A stretch of DNA of 63,994 nucleotides, filler included, from Asterionella formosa (GCA_002256025.1; 22 parts of 22 records of this genome joined end to end with filler, not necessarily neighbours in it); one strand, 5' to 3'. Counted from the first letter of the whole stretch, positions 37,774 through 49,931 are shown. A program made the numbers and translations. The notes: generated by a model not told the origin, from the letters alone.

Positions 37774-39432
37774 GCAGCGTCTCTTCCTTTCTGGCCAAAT
37801 TTCTTGAGGCCTTTCCTTAAGCTGTATGACTGAACAAAGTGAAATGCTTCTTTATCGATACACATCTCATTCATATAACACATTGTCTTTGCGATCACTT
37901 TCGCATTATCAGTCGTGTATTCTTCTCGACAGTGTGCTTGGGTATGCAAATGATTTTGGACCATAGTTAGTTTTGATGGTGGTCTTGAGACTCTTCCAGA
38001 CCTTGTAGTTCTAACATTTGGGTCTGAGTCATCCTGAGTGCTTGGATTGACTTCTAACATTGCCTCTTCATTTTCAGTTTCATTTGCTGGCTCTTCATCC
38101 TCATCTTGGATTTCATCTGAATTCATTTCAATATTATTCTCATTGTTGCCCTCGTCAGGTTCAGGGTCATCCTCTTGAGTATTGTCGTTTAATTCGAGCT
38201 GTTCTGCTTCATACATTTCATCCGGAGTCATTTCATCATAGTCTTCTTCTCCGAGAATTTCATCATTGCTTTCGTTGTCACTAGCATCTTGATCTTCATA
38301 ATCTTCATCTTGTGCATATTCAAATGCTTCATTATCATAATCCACTCCTGCAATCCAAGCACTATCATAAAATAGTTGCCCCGTTCGATTTGCTATCTTG
38401 AGACCATCTGGCATATTTTCCTGCACAGCAAGGGCGTGTACTTGATTCATGATTGCTGGGGTAAGTGGTAGAGGAGTAATTGTTCGTCTAGTGATCAATG
38501 AATTTGTAGGTAGGTGTAACAATTCATGACCTCCTTGCACATTGTCATTGTAGCGTAGAAAAATGCAATCTAGGCTGCGAGGTGCATTTGTGTTTGAAAA
38601 CACAGGTTCTTCATGTGCTTGGACATAAGTGCCAAATGTATACTGGCAATGTCGAGCATAGTCCAGGTTTTGTTGATGTAAAATCATACGAGGACTGTAA
38701 TACGGGGATATCCCGTTCTTTGCCGGAAAGAAATTCAGTTTCCTTGCAGATTCTGTCACTAGAATCTTAATCATCAGTTGCGGCAAATGTTTGAAAGGTA
38801 ATCGATGATAAGCTGCGCGCACGCGTTCTTTAATCACTCGATTATTTCGCTCCGCTTCGGGAACATGTTCTTGTGGGTTTGCGTAGTTCATAGTGACTTG
38901 AAATTCATTGGAAATTTGTTCCATCAAAGGTCGAAACTCGTTGTCACAGTGGATTGTTGTAATTTTAAATCCTCCGGTATTATAAACACGGAATACCTGA
39001 ATCAAAGCATCTCGATAGACTTCAGCTGTCTGATTCTTGACCCATTGCGCTGTCCTATACATAATGTTTCGAGAAATTGTTGTGAGAAATGATTGTCCAT
39101 TGACTTTCATTCCATCCATGCAAAGAGTCACTTCACGTTGAGCTTGGATAAGCTCCTTAGGAATCTCGATGTAGTCGTTCACGACTGGCAGCGGCTTGCG
39201 ACAAGTTGTCTTGCCTTTTAGTGTTCCGATGTCAGGTCCAAAAATTTTCTCTGCAATTTTGATATCATCGGTAGTCACTGGATTATTGTTGATCGTATTC
39301 ATACAAATTATTGCCTTGAAATCATTAATTGATGGTGTACCCAAGGCATGAAATAGATCACGAGCTCGCTTAGCTCTCTGAAATTGACGTTCAGTGTAAA
39401 ATGTTTTGTTTTCTTCAAGTGTATTTAACATT
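37774..39432 (-). mobile_element. Copia (CoDi-type) pol fragment, copy B; open throughout
   Basis: Near-identical to copies A and C; runs from pre-integrase to the start of RT (QSYSLRKGLKKFG). Confidence 0.92.
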
Positions 39433-39532
39433 NNNNNNNNNNNNNNNNNNNNNNNNNNNNNNNNNNNNNNNNNNNNTTAATTAATTAANNNNNNNNNNNN
39501 NNNNNNNNNNNNNNNNNNNNNNNNNNNNNNNN

Positions 39533-41191
39533 CATCCCTTCGCGCAACGCTAAAGTCCCTCGGTATTGAACCTACGGGCAAGATTCAGTCGTGTGAAGGC
39601 TGCGCACTAGCTAAGGCAAAGGCCAAAGCGGTACCTAAAGTCACGACCCTCAAGGCCTCTACTCCTGCTGAACGATTGTACGTGGACATTTCAGGTCCCT
39701 ACAAGAAATCTCTAATTGGAAGCAACTACTGGATTCTATTTGTGGATCAGTACACAGGCAAGGCATGGAGTTATTTTGTTAACAAGAAGAGTCTTTTGGC
39801 GAGCATCGCGGATGCCCTACTGACTACACTCAAGTCAGCGGGCTATGTAGTACGCTTCCTACGCTGCGACAACGCCGGTGAAAATATGACCAGTCTAAGT
39901 ATCGTCTGCACCACGCAGGGTATTCAGATTGAGTATACTGCCCCCCATACTCCTCAACAGAACGGAGTCGTGGAACGAAAATTTGTGACGATACAAGACC
40001 GAGCATGTGCCTCCATGTTCAGTGCAAAACTGTCAGACGAATACCAGGGGCTACTGTGGGCCGAGAGTGTCCACATGCACACGCGACTAACGAACTCTGT
40101 CGCTAACTCGAAGACGGGAAAATGCCCCGATTGGCTTTTCTACGGCTTTCAGCCTAAGATTTATCCTCACCTGATTCAGTTTGGCAGGGTGGGGTGGGCC
40201 ACGATTCGGACGCCAAGGCAGAAACTAACCCCAAAAAGTGTCAAATGTGTCATGCTTGGATACAGCCATGACCACGCCGGTGATACCTACCGCATGTACA
40301 ACGTTGCTACGAAAAAGGTCTTCAACACAAGAGACCTTAAATGGGCTGACTGGCATGGAAATGCCAAACCGACAGCGGACATGGACGAATTCACCACAGA
40401 CGGATCCGGTATAGATGAGGAATTTGACACTCCTACTAAACCCTCCAACGCAATAGTACCTCCTGACGAACAAGGGGCTGATACGCAACTACCTACGAAA
40501 CCGGACGATCCCAGTACTCCCACGAGAGTGAGCTTTGCAGATTCCGTCGCAGGTGGTACGAGTACGAACGAGTATCGTACGAATTATGCTATGAAATCTA
40601 CAAAGCTAGATCGAGAAATGAATAGGCTATCAACAGGCCTTGTGACCTCGCCTACACCTACTCGTGCAGGTACACGTCAGCAATCATCCGCAGCACGCAC
40701 GCTTAATTTGGATGACGACACGAATGAAAACCTCCAAGAGCACGAACCTAACGAGGAAGCACATTCAACGAGCCTAGCTTCCGACCCACTGGAACCCAAG
40801 AGCTACAAGCAGGCACTACTAAGTAACGAAAAAGACGAATGGACCAAGGCAATCAAAGCTGAAATTGAAAACTTCTACTCCTGCAAAGTGTGGAAGCTAC
40901 ATCCTCGTAAGAATCTAAATGGACGAAAGCCACTTGGAGCAAAATGGGTATTTAAAAAGAAGAATGAGCACGACAACACTACGCGCTACAAGGGCCGCAT
41001 CGTGGTAAAAGGCTACGTGGAGATACCAGGTGTCGACTTCACAGACTCATTCGCACCTGTTGTTACGGATACAGGCCTACGTATTGTGTTTGCGCTCACC
41101 CTACACAGAAAAGATTTTGTTTGTGAAATTGTGGACATCGAAGCGGCATTCCTCGAAGCCGACCTCGACGAAGAAATCTACATAGAATGGC
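39533..41191 (+). mobile_element. Copia pol fragment of a different family (integrase plus start of RT); open throughout
   Basis: CEGCALAK, YVDISGP, LRCDNAGE, TPQQNGVVER, EPKSYKQAL, KWVFKKK, RYKGRIVVKGY, DSFAPV, DIEAAFL. Confidence 0.93.
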
Positions 41192-41291
41192 NNNNNNNNN
41201 NNNNNNNNNNNNNNNNNNNNNNNNNNNNNNNNNNNTTAATTAATTAANNNNNNNNNNNNNNNNNNNNNNNNNNNNNNNNNNNNNNNNNNNN

Positions 41292-41527
41292 TGCCCTTCA
41301 AATGTGGTGGGGTGCTTATGTACTTTTCAACTACCAAGGCTTCACATTTAATGACTTTCTAATCTCAAATTTTGCTCTTTTATTCGCCCCTTTGGGTCTT
41401 GTTGCTGCCTTTCAAGGATTAGCTGACAAAAACGAGGCAATGAAGAGTGCTGGACGAATTTTTTACTTGTTGGACAGGAAAAGTGAGATCGATCCATTGA
41501 GTGAAAAGGGTAAAAAGTTGGGTCAAG
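41292..41527 (+). CDS. ABCB/MDR transporter fragment: end of a transmembrane domain
   Basis: ALQMWWGAY...AGRIFYLLDRKSEIDPLSEKG. Confidence 0.75.
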
Positions 41528-41555
41528 GTGAGAGCTGCAATGACTATTATACATC

Positions 41556-41570
41556 GGGTTAGGGTTAGGG
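41556..41570 (+). repeat. Interstitial telomere-like repeat GGGTTAGGGTTAGGG
   Basis: 2.5 units of TTAGGG between the two ABCB fragments. Confidence 0.7.
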
Positions 41571-41573
41571 CAG

Positions 41574-41910
41574 GCGATTCATCGAAAGCCAGGGGCTCCG
41601 GCGGAAAAAATTTATGAGACCCAAGAGGAATCGGCAGATGCTTCCAAGTCCGCGGACCGGTCCATGAACAAGTCGACTAAAAGTACAGTAAAAGAAGAGG
41701 GCGAACAAAAGCTCAAGGCTATCTTACCAGCGTACAAAATTGATGCTTTCTCTGATGAGGGCCTAAAACCAACCAACATTAAGGGAAATATCATCTACAA
41801 GGATGTTGTGTTCATGTACCCTACTCGACCAGACAATCGTGTTTTGAAGGGACTTAACTTGGAAATTGAAGCTGGGAAAACAGTAGCTCTCGTCGGACCG
41901 AGTGGTGGAG
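41574..41910 (+). CDS. ABCB/MDR transporter fragment: linker and start of nucleotide-binding domain
   Basis: AIHRKPGAP...KIDAFSDEG...DVVFMYPTRPD...GKTVALVGPSGGG (Walker A), interrupted by donor gtgagt at 41911. Confidence 0.8.
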
Positions 41911-42113
41911 GTGAGTGAGGCTGTGTATGCATTATGACCACATTGAAGGGTCGATTGTACATTGTTGTTTATTATTATTGTTTCAAGCAATTAAAGATGT
42001 ATACTTTTCATTCTATATAATTCATTTGTTTCTCCACATTAATTAGTAGTATGTACTAACTGAGTAAAAACATACAAAATAAGTATACCTAATTAATTTA
42101 ATTGAGTTAATAT

Positions 42114-42281
42114 TGTTAATATCTGCATATGATGCTCCATACATGCGCCCATATGAACCATACCGGCGCAGCCACCAGATTAGGTACATGCATGAGTGCT
42201 AACAACGATGTACTCGAAACAGCAATAGAATAGTCATAATATTGTAGTTCACCTTTATTCATGACAAGGTTCCCCTCAACA
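42114..42281 (+). repeat. 5' LTR (168 nt) of a CoDi-type Copia element
   Basis: TGTT...AACA termini; matches 54594-54760 with 6 substitutions and 1 indel by manual count; followed by gag. Confidence 0.93.
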
Positions 42282-42293
42282 GAACTACAATAT
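42282..42293 (+). promoter_or_regulatory. Non-tRNA primer-binding site complementary to the element's own LTR
   Basis: GAACTACAATAT directly abuts the LTR and is the exact reverse complement of ATATTGTAGTTC at 42239-42250; no TGG start. Confidence 0.7.
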
Positions 42294-42428
42294 CTGTTCT
42301 CTCTCTCTTGTCCGCACCTGTGACGTTGCGGCTCTTGTCGACGGTGCAAACCAGCACTGGTCTCAACAATCAACCGTCCAGCACCGCTTGCCCGTTTGCT
42401 GCCCCTGTCTCTCAGGCCTTCTTCCACC

Positions 42429-42949
42429 ATGACGACTCCAATCGCTTCCGCTGTTTTCCCCTTCCCTCATCCGCTTTTGACGCCGATCGAGGGCAAACTT
42501 ACAGCCTTCACTGTAACCCGCCTTCGCAAGGAATTCTTTGCCAATGCTCGCTCTGTCCACTGTACCAGTGGTGGTGGTGCCAATGGTTTCCTTGGTATTG
42601 TCATGGCTGCTGCTCCTTATCTTTTACGTGTTGGTGAACCCTTTTTACTGCCCAAACATCCCGGCATCCAGCCGCCACACAGTGCTACTGCAACACAGTC
42701 CCAAATCACTGCTGCCAACCGTCTTTTTGACACCTCCCTTGATGCATTCCGCCGTTACTCCCAAATCCGTGAAATTCTCCGACAACAAATTCTAACAGCC
42801 ATTGACCCAACTTTCTACAACATTCTGGAAGATGCTACATTTGGATATGCAGACATCACTGTTCTGACCTTGCTTGCTCACTTAGAATCTACATATGCAA
42901 CATTGAGTGCGGATGATTTAGAACTCAATCGCATGCGCTTGGCCGATGC
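42429..42949 (+). CDS. Copia gag N-terminus (truncated by contig end)
   Basis: MTTPIASAVFPFPHPLLTPIEG...FANARSV...GGGANGFLGIV...LEDATFGYAD, typical of diatom Copia gag; lies downstream of the LTR. Confidence 0.85.
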
Positions 42950-43049
42950 NNNNNNNNNNNNNNNNNNNNNNNNNNNNNNNNNNNNNNNNNNNNTTAATTA
43001 ATTAANNNNNNNNNNNNNNNNNNNNNNNNNNNNNNNNNNNNNNNNNNNN

Positions 43050-44101
43050 TAATTCATCCATCGGTAGCCTATTTGACCAATAACGCATTGAGAAAATGTC
43101 GTTTCTCCTTCCCTGTAACTTCCCAAGTCCCACGCGTGCAAGAATCTCCTCTCCTCTCCGCCGTGTCACCGTCAAACTCCATGATAACGACGCCGACAAT
43201 GAAGCAGGAAACATTTCCGGATACGATAGTCAACAGGCGTAACTTTTCCAAAATCGAACAAGAGTTTAACGATATGATTACTATATTTAGCAAGTTCACC
43301 GAGGAAGATATTCAATCCATTCCGAATCCTCGCGTTCGGGCTCTCTACGAGGGCGTGGCGGCGAGTGCGTTCGAACCCGCCGTGTACCGAAGCTTTGAAG
43401 TGTTGTTTGAAGATTTCGGACCTTTGCGTGTGGCAGGCCGAATGATTTTTGGCAAACTCAAGAAGCAAATGGAAGACAACATTGCTCAGCGACAAGACGA
43501 AGTGAGTCGTCTCATGTTGCTCACGGGTCTGGAGGAACAGGAGCTTCGAGCCAGTCGCATGGCGTTCATGTCTATTGCGCATGAAGGACGAGGTGGCAAA
43601 TCGGTAGTGACGAGGCAACAGCTTGTTGATACTGGAATTGCTGCTTCCTTCGTTGAAATGATGAATTTTACAGATCAAGACGACTTTTTCAAGCAACTGG
43701 GTGGAAAAGAGTGGAAGTTTGAAGCCTTCATGTCGGCACTTCAAGTCTGTACTGACAAACAATCCTGTTTGCTGGAACATTGTAACCCCTCCACTGTCTT
43801 TGAGGAAGCGTTGATTCGCATACCCGCAGATGATCATGATCCTGTGGATCCTCGGACGCGAAAGTTCATGAATCAATATGATTTGATGGTGAACAAGTTT
43901 AAGGAATGGGAAGATTTTGTACCCAAGGGAGACGGTCGAAAGCTTGACATTTTGCGGGGGTGCTTTGTTGGCGCTAGAAATGAGAAGGTGGTCAATGCCC
44001 TCAAGATTGTCTATGTGGACTATACCGCGTTGCGCATGGCTGGAGATTTGATTTTTAAGCTTATGACCGCTTTGGTCAAGGGCTCAACGCACAAGGACTG
44101 A
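43050..44101 (+). CDS. Hypothetical protein, 5'-truncated, possibly plastid-targeted, with an internally duplicated domain
   Basis: Frame open from the contig start (HPSVA|YLTNN, then Ser/Pro/Thr-rich); repeat pair LFEDFGPLRVAGRMIFGKL and VYVDYTALRMAGDLIFKLM. Confidence 0.7.
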
Positions 44102-44218
44102 AAGTACTGGTAGTTGGGATGAGTATATCACCACTTAACATTTGTATATTACAGCATTGACATTTTTTGTATCTACAGTGCTAATGATTTAAAAATCCAT
44201 ATTTCAATGCCTAAAATA

Positions 44219-44707
44219 CTACAAGGACAGTTTTCCATTTGCACACAACCACTGTACCATCTCAGCAGACAGTTCAGTGACAGTCTTCAAGTCTGAGTCG
44301 AGAACGACTTCAGGAACTAGTGGTGCCTCGTATGGGTCGTCTATTCCAGTAAAGTTTTTGATTAGGCCGGCTCGTGCCTTTTGATAGAGTCCTTTCGGAT
44401 CTCGTGTTTCGCATGTTTCCAGTTGTGCCTTGACAAAGACTTCCACTAGTCCCATGTCTCCCATGCAATCTCTGACCTTTTGTCTATCGTCGCGATATGG
44501 AGAAATAAAGGCTGCCAATACAACGATACCTCCATCTGCCATGAGCTTTGCAACCTCTGCTATGCGTCTAATGTTTTCGACTCTGTCCTCCGCCGAGAAT
44601 CCCAAGTCCGAACACAATCCGTGGCGGATATTGTCGCCGTCCAAAAGAACAGTTCTAATTCCACGTTGATTCAATTCATAGTCAACTTCGTTTGCGATTG
44701 TACTTTT
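44219..44707 (-). CDS. cysC: Adenylyl-sulfate (APS) kinase domain, 5'-truncated
   Basis: KSTIA (end of Walker A), [46 protein letters not shown]. Confidence 0.92.
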   Translation of the reverse strand, partial: KSTIANEVDYELNQRGIRTVLLDGDNIRHGLCSDLGFSAEDRVENIRRIAEVAKLMADGGIVVLAAFISPYRDDRQKVRDCMGDMGLVEVFVKAQLETCETRDPKGLYQKARAGLIKNFTGIDDPYEAPLVPEVVLDSDLKTVTELSAEMVQWLCANGKLSL

Positions 44708-44807
44708 NNNNNNNNNNNNNNNNNNNNNNNNNNNNNNNNNNNNNNNNNNNNTTAATTAATTAANNNNNNNNNNNNNNNNNNNNNNNNNNNNNNNNNNNNN
44801 NNNNNNN

Positions 44808-46465
44808 AATGTTAAATACACTTGAAGAAAACAAAACATTTTACACTGAACGTCAATTTCAGAGAGCTAAGCGAGCTCGTGATCTATTTCATGCCTTGGG
44901 TACACCATCAATTAATGATTTCAAGGCAATAATTCATATGAATACGATCAACAATAATCCAGTGACTACCGATGATATCAAAATTGCAGAGAAAATTTTT
45001 GGACCTGACATCGGAACACTAAAAGGCAAGACAACTCGTCGCAAGCCGCTGCCAGTCATGAACGACTACATCGAGATTCCTAAGGAGCTTATCCAAGCTC
45101 AACGTGAAGTGACTCTTTGCATGGATGGAATGAAAGTCAATGGACAATCATTTCTCACAACAATTTCTCGAAACATTATGTATAGGACAGCGCAATGGGT
45201 CAAGAATCAGACAGCTGAAGTCTATCGAGATGCTTTGATTCAGGTATTCCGTGTTTATAATACCGGAGGATTTAAAATTACAACAATCCACTGTGACAAC
45301 GAGTTTCGACCTTTGATGGAACAAATTTCCAATGAATTTCAAGTCACTATGAACTACGCAAACCCACAAGAACATGTTCCCGAAGCGGAGCGAAATAATC
45401 GAGTGATTAAAGAACGCGTGCGCGCAGCTTATCATCGATTACCTTTCAAACATTTGCCGTGACTGATGATTAAGATTCTAGTGACAGAATCTGCAAGGAA
45501 ACTGAATTTCTTTCCGGCAAAGAACGGAATATCTCCGTATTACAGTCCTTGTATGATTTTACATCAACGAAACCTGGACTATGCTCGACATTGCCAGTAT
45601 ACATTTGGCACTTATGTCCAAGCACATGAAGAACCTGTGTTTTCAAACACAAATGCACCTCGCAGCCTAGATTGCATTTTTCTACGCTACAATGACAATG
45701 TGCAAGGAGGTCATGAATTGTTACACCTACCTACAAATTCATTGATCACTAGACGAACAATTACTCCTCTACCACTTACCCCAGCAATCATGAATCAAGT
45801 ACACGCCCTTGCTGTGCAGGAAAATATGCCAGATGGTCTCAAGATATCAAATCGAACGGGGCAACTATTTTTTGATAGTGCTTGGATTGCAGGAGTGGAT
45901 TATGATAATGAAGCATTTGAAGATGCACAAGATGAAGATTATGAAGATCAAGATGCTAGTGACAACGAAAGCAATGATGAAATTCTCGGAGAAGAAGACT
46001 ATGATGAAATGACTCCGGATGAAATATATGAAGCAGAACAGCTCGAATTAAACGAAAATACTCAAAAGGATGACCCTGGACCTGACGAGGGCAACAATGA
46101 GAATAATATCGAAATGAATGCAGATGATATCCAAGATGAGGATGAAGAGCCAGCAAATGAAACTGAAAATGAAGAGGCAATGTTAGAAGTCAATCCAAGA
46201 ACTCAGGATGACTCAGACCCAAATGTTAAAACTACAAGGTCTGGAAGAGTCTCAAGACCACCATCAAAACTAACTATGGTCCAAAATCATTTGCATACCC
46301 AAGCACACTGTCAAGAAAAATACACGACTGATAATGCGAAAGTGATCGCAAAGACAATGTGTTATATGAATGAGATGTGTATCGATAAAGAAGCATTTCA
46401 TTTTGTTCAGTCATACAGCTTAAGGAATTGACTCAAAAAATTTGGCCAGAAAGGAAGAGACGCTG
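44808..46465 (+). mobile_element. Copia (CoDi-type) pol fragment, copy C
   Basis: Near-identical to copies A and B; TGA at 45460-45462 and disruption near 46426. Confidence 0.92.
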
Positions 46466-46565
46466 NNNNNNNNNNNNNNNNNNNNNNNNNNNNNNNNNNN
46501 NNNNNNNNNTTAATTAATTAANNNNNNNNNNNNNNNNNNNNNNNNNNNNNNNNNNNNNNNNNNNN

Positions 46566-48223
46566 ACTCCTATAGAACAAATCACAGGCGAGACACCCGA
46601 CATATCCGAATACTTGGATTTCGGGTTCTACAATTGGGTGTGGTACAAGGATAATGCAGGGGTTGGCGAAAACATGTTCGGGCGCTGGCTTGTGCAGCGT
46701 ATCACTCACCTTGAACTGACAACTAGCAAGGTCAACGACAGATGCAAGGAGTACAATGAGAGGATAAAGGAAATAATGCGTGACGACAACCACCAAAATG
46801 CAGGCGACGAGGAGGAGCGACAATTGCAGGATTGGGATGAATACTCAGATCTGCAGGACGACTTAGTATTTGGCGAAGAGATAAACAATGTTGTGAGCGA
46901 TCACCAAATACCAGATGCCGATGACACTTTCACGCCCGATATTTTCGAGGATACATACCTCAACAAAGAGATAGCGATAGCGAGGGGCGCTGGAGATGAC
47001 AACGATGGTGTTCAGTTTGGCAGAGTCACCAAGAGATTGCGCGACGCAGATGGTAGACCTATCGGCAAGGCTCACGAAAATCCTTTGCTTGACACCAGAG
47101 AGTATGAGGTCGAGTTCTTTGACGGACACTCAGAGGCATTGTATTCTAACCTTATTGCTCAGAGTTTGTTTTCACAGATAGACGAGGAGAGCGAACGACA
47201 CGTACTTCTTGACGACATTATCGATCATAGGCGGAATGCGACGGCACTGGACAAAGAGGACGCGTTCATCACAATGTCTAACGGTGTCAAGCGGCGGAGA
47301 CAGACGACTCAAGGGTGGCAACTCCTGTGCCAATGGAGGGACGGGAGTACCACTTGGGTCGCACTTAAGGATATGAAGCAATCGTACCCCATACAGGTGG
47401 TGGAGTACTCAATTGCTAATCGTATTGATGACGAGGCAGCGTTCGCGTGGTGGGTGCCGACTCTTCTAAAGAAACGGGACCGAGTCCTAGCAAAGGTAAA
47501 GTCTAAGTATTGGCAGCGAACTCATAAATACGGTATACGGATACCAAAGTCCGTCGAAGAGGCGTTAGCGATTGATAAAGCCAATGGCAACACATTATGG
47601 TGGGACACCATCTGCAAGGAAATTAAAAATGTGCGACCGGCATTTGAAAAGTGGGAAAAGCGAGAGGGAGACCTTCTGCCAGGGTACCAAAAGATAAGGT
47701 GTCATTTCGTGTTCGACATCAAAATGGGCGAAAATTTTCGGCGTAAGGCGAGACTAGTTGCTGACGGAAGCCGGACAGAAACGCCCGCAGCCCTGACGTA
47801 TTCGTCATTTGTGTCGAGGGACTCAGTGCGCATTGCCTTATTGGTTGCTTCATTGAACGACTTACAACTTCTTGCTTGCGATATTCAAAACGCTTATCTA
47901 ACCGCAGATTGCAGAGAGAAAATTTACATAATTGCAGGGCCGGAATTTGGGTCGGAAGCGGGAGCTACCATGGTGGTGAAGAAAGCGCTGTATGGGCTCA
48001 AATCTAGCGGTGCGGCATTCAGAGCGCATCTCGCAGAAACCCTCCATGATTTGGGTTACTTGCCCACGAAAGGGGACCCTGATGTATGAATTCGACCGGC
48101 AGTAAAACCGGATGGGTTTGAGTATTACGAAATGATTCTTGTATATGTTGATGACATTCTTTGCATTTCAGCGCAGCCTAGAGCGACTATGAGCGGGATA
48201 CAGTCGACCTTCAGATTGAAGGA
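46566..48223 (+). mobile_element. Copia pol fragment (integrase C-terminus, chromo-like segment, RT) of another family
   Basis: YLDFGFYNWVWY, GWQLLCQWRDGSTTWVALKDMK, RTHKYGIRIP, RKARLVADG, DIQNAYL, KALYGLKSSGAAF, YVDD; stop at 48087-48089. Confidence 0.9.
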
Positions 48224-49787
48224 NNNNNNNNNNNNNNNNNNNNNNNNNNNNNNNNNNNNNNNNNNNNTTAATTAATTAANNNNNNNNNNNNNNNNNNNNN
48301 NNNNNNNNNNNNNNNNNNNNNNNACAAAAGGCAAGGAATAAATGAAATAACAATCAACATCATACCAAGATAAGCGCCAGCAAAACAACCTTGACAACGA
48401 CCTCAATTCGTCGTTGAATCTTGAATTTTCTTTCATGAGAAGCTGTAATTTAGAAAGGAGTAAGAGGTGTGAGAAGTAGAAGATCAGAAAGAGTCACAAT
48501 CACATCAAACTGACCATGCAGAAGCAACCTTCATCGTGGTGGTTTCCTTGATTTTGGCATGATTTTATAATATTTTATGTGGCGCAAGTATGATCATGAT
48601 GATTCTAGGGTACTGGTACCATGTACCAGGTAACAGGTACAAACAAGTCTATAATTAATTAATTTAATATGGGCGCGGTCAATTGTGCTCATTTCCTAAT
48701 AAAATGTGTCAGACTCCTCTAATAAAACGAACACACAAACGAAACTGGCGCAGTCTGCAGTCTTGTACGAGTGTACCATGAGGACCTCCAATTTACCACC
48801 ATTCAACAACCAGGTACCTGGTACCAGGCACATACCAGGATTGAAAAGGTACATGAGGAAGAAAGTAAGGCTGCTGGTACCTTGCCAGGTATCAGGTAGG
48901 AGTACCTGTTACCTGGTACCAGGTAATGGAGGGTAGCCCTCGCAATCGCTACAAGGTAAATTATTGTTTAGCTGAGATACTGCGATTCTTTTGACTATAC
49001 AAAATCCTACAGTGTAGTTGTTGTGATCATCTGGAGCATCCTGCATCATGTCGTCTCAACCTTGACGATGACGAAAATAGCGGAAATCTCTACGAAAATT
49101 GAGAACGACGCTCTCCTGTTAGGAACATATATCAATCACAACAAAGGCAATACAACCGTAAGAGAATAGTTGCAATGGCATTGATAGTGACAGCGAAAAC
49201 TGCAATCGCCGATGGCACAATTTTTCTACATAATCTATAGCTGCTCAAATCAAAACGACGCTGTTGCGAACAGATTTGACATTTTTGCCTTTGTATTTGC
49301 CTCCAAACTTCCCCAGGTAAGCACACCATTGTTTCCAGTTTCATATGCCAAAGTGCCCATTGTAAACTGACTATCATAATGCTCACTCACACCTTCATTG
49401 TTGTCATCTTCTTCCTCCTCGACAATTTCATATGAATTATGAATGAGATTGCTGGGAAATAACAAGGCAAAGCTGCCATCAGCATTCAAGAATTGGGTTT
49501 TAGTAGGGCCACAATGGTCAGGTGTCAATGTAGACACCATGGTTGCAGTTGATGGTTCAAAGAGGGACGAACCAGAAGTAGTATACATAGTACATCTAAG
49601 CCGCGTATTACGTGAAGTGACCATCACGTAAATAAGCCTAGTTGATTTTGAATGCATCACATGAATTAGTTGAATACATCAAAATACGTAGTTGAACATG
49701 TCTATATATTATCTGAATACATCACGTTAAATATTTGATCAAAGTATCATGCATGCATTCCTGATCATCACTATATTATGTGATCAC

Positions 49788-49931
49788 CTTCACATAATTA
49801 TTTGAAATACTTCACATAATTATTTGAAATACTTCACATAATTATTTGAAATACTTCACATAATTATTTGAAATACTTCACATAATTATTTGAAATACTT
49901 CACATAATTATTTGAAATCCTTCACGTAATT
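49788..49931 (+). repeat. 22-bp minisatellite (cttcacataattatttgaaata) x6 plus a partial copy
   Basis: Direct reading of tandem units at 49788, 49810, 49832, 49854, 49876 and 49898. Confidence 0.95.

Noticed and set aside
37774..46465. Large inverted repeat or short element formed by Copia copies B and C with matching ends
   Set aside because: They are separate contigs; shared breakpoints are best explained by assembly-graph branching.
49788..49931. CRISPR-like repeat
   Set aside because: Units are head to tail with no spacers, there are no cas genes, and the context is eukaryotic.
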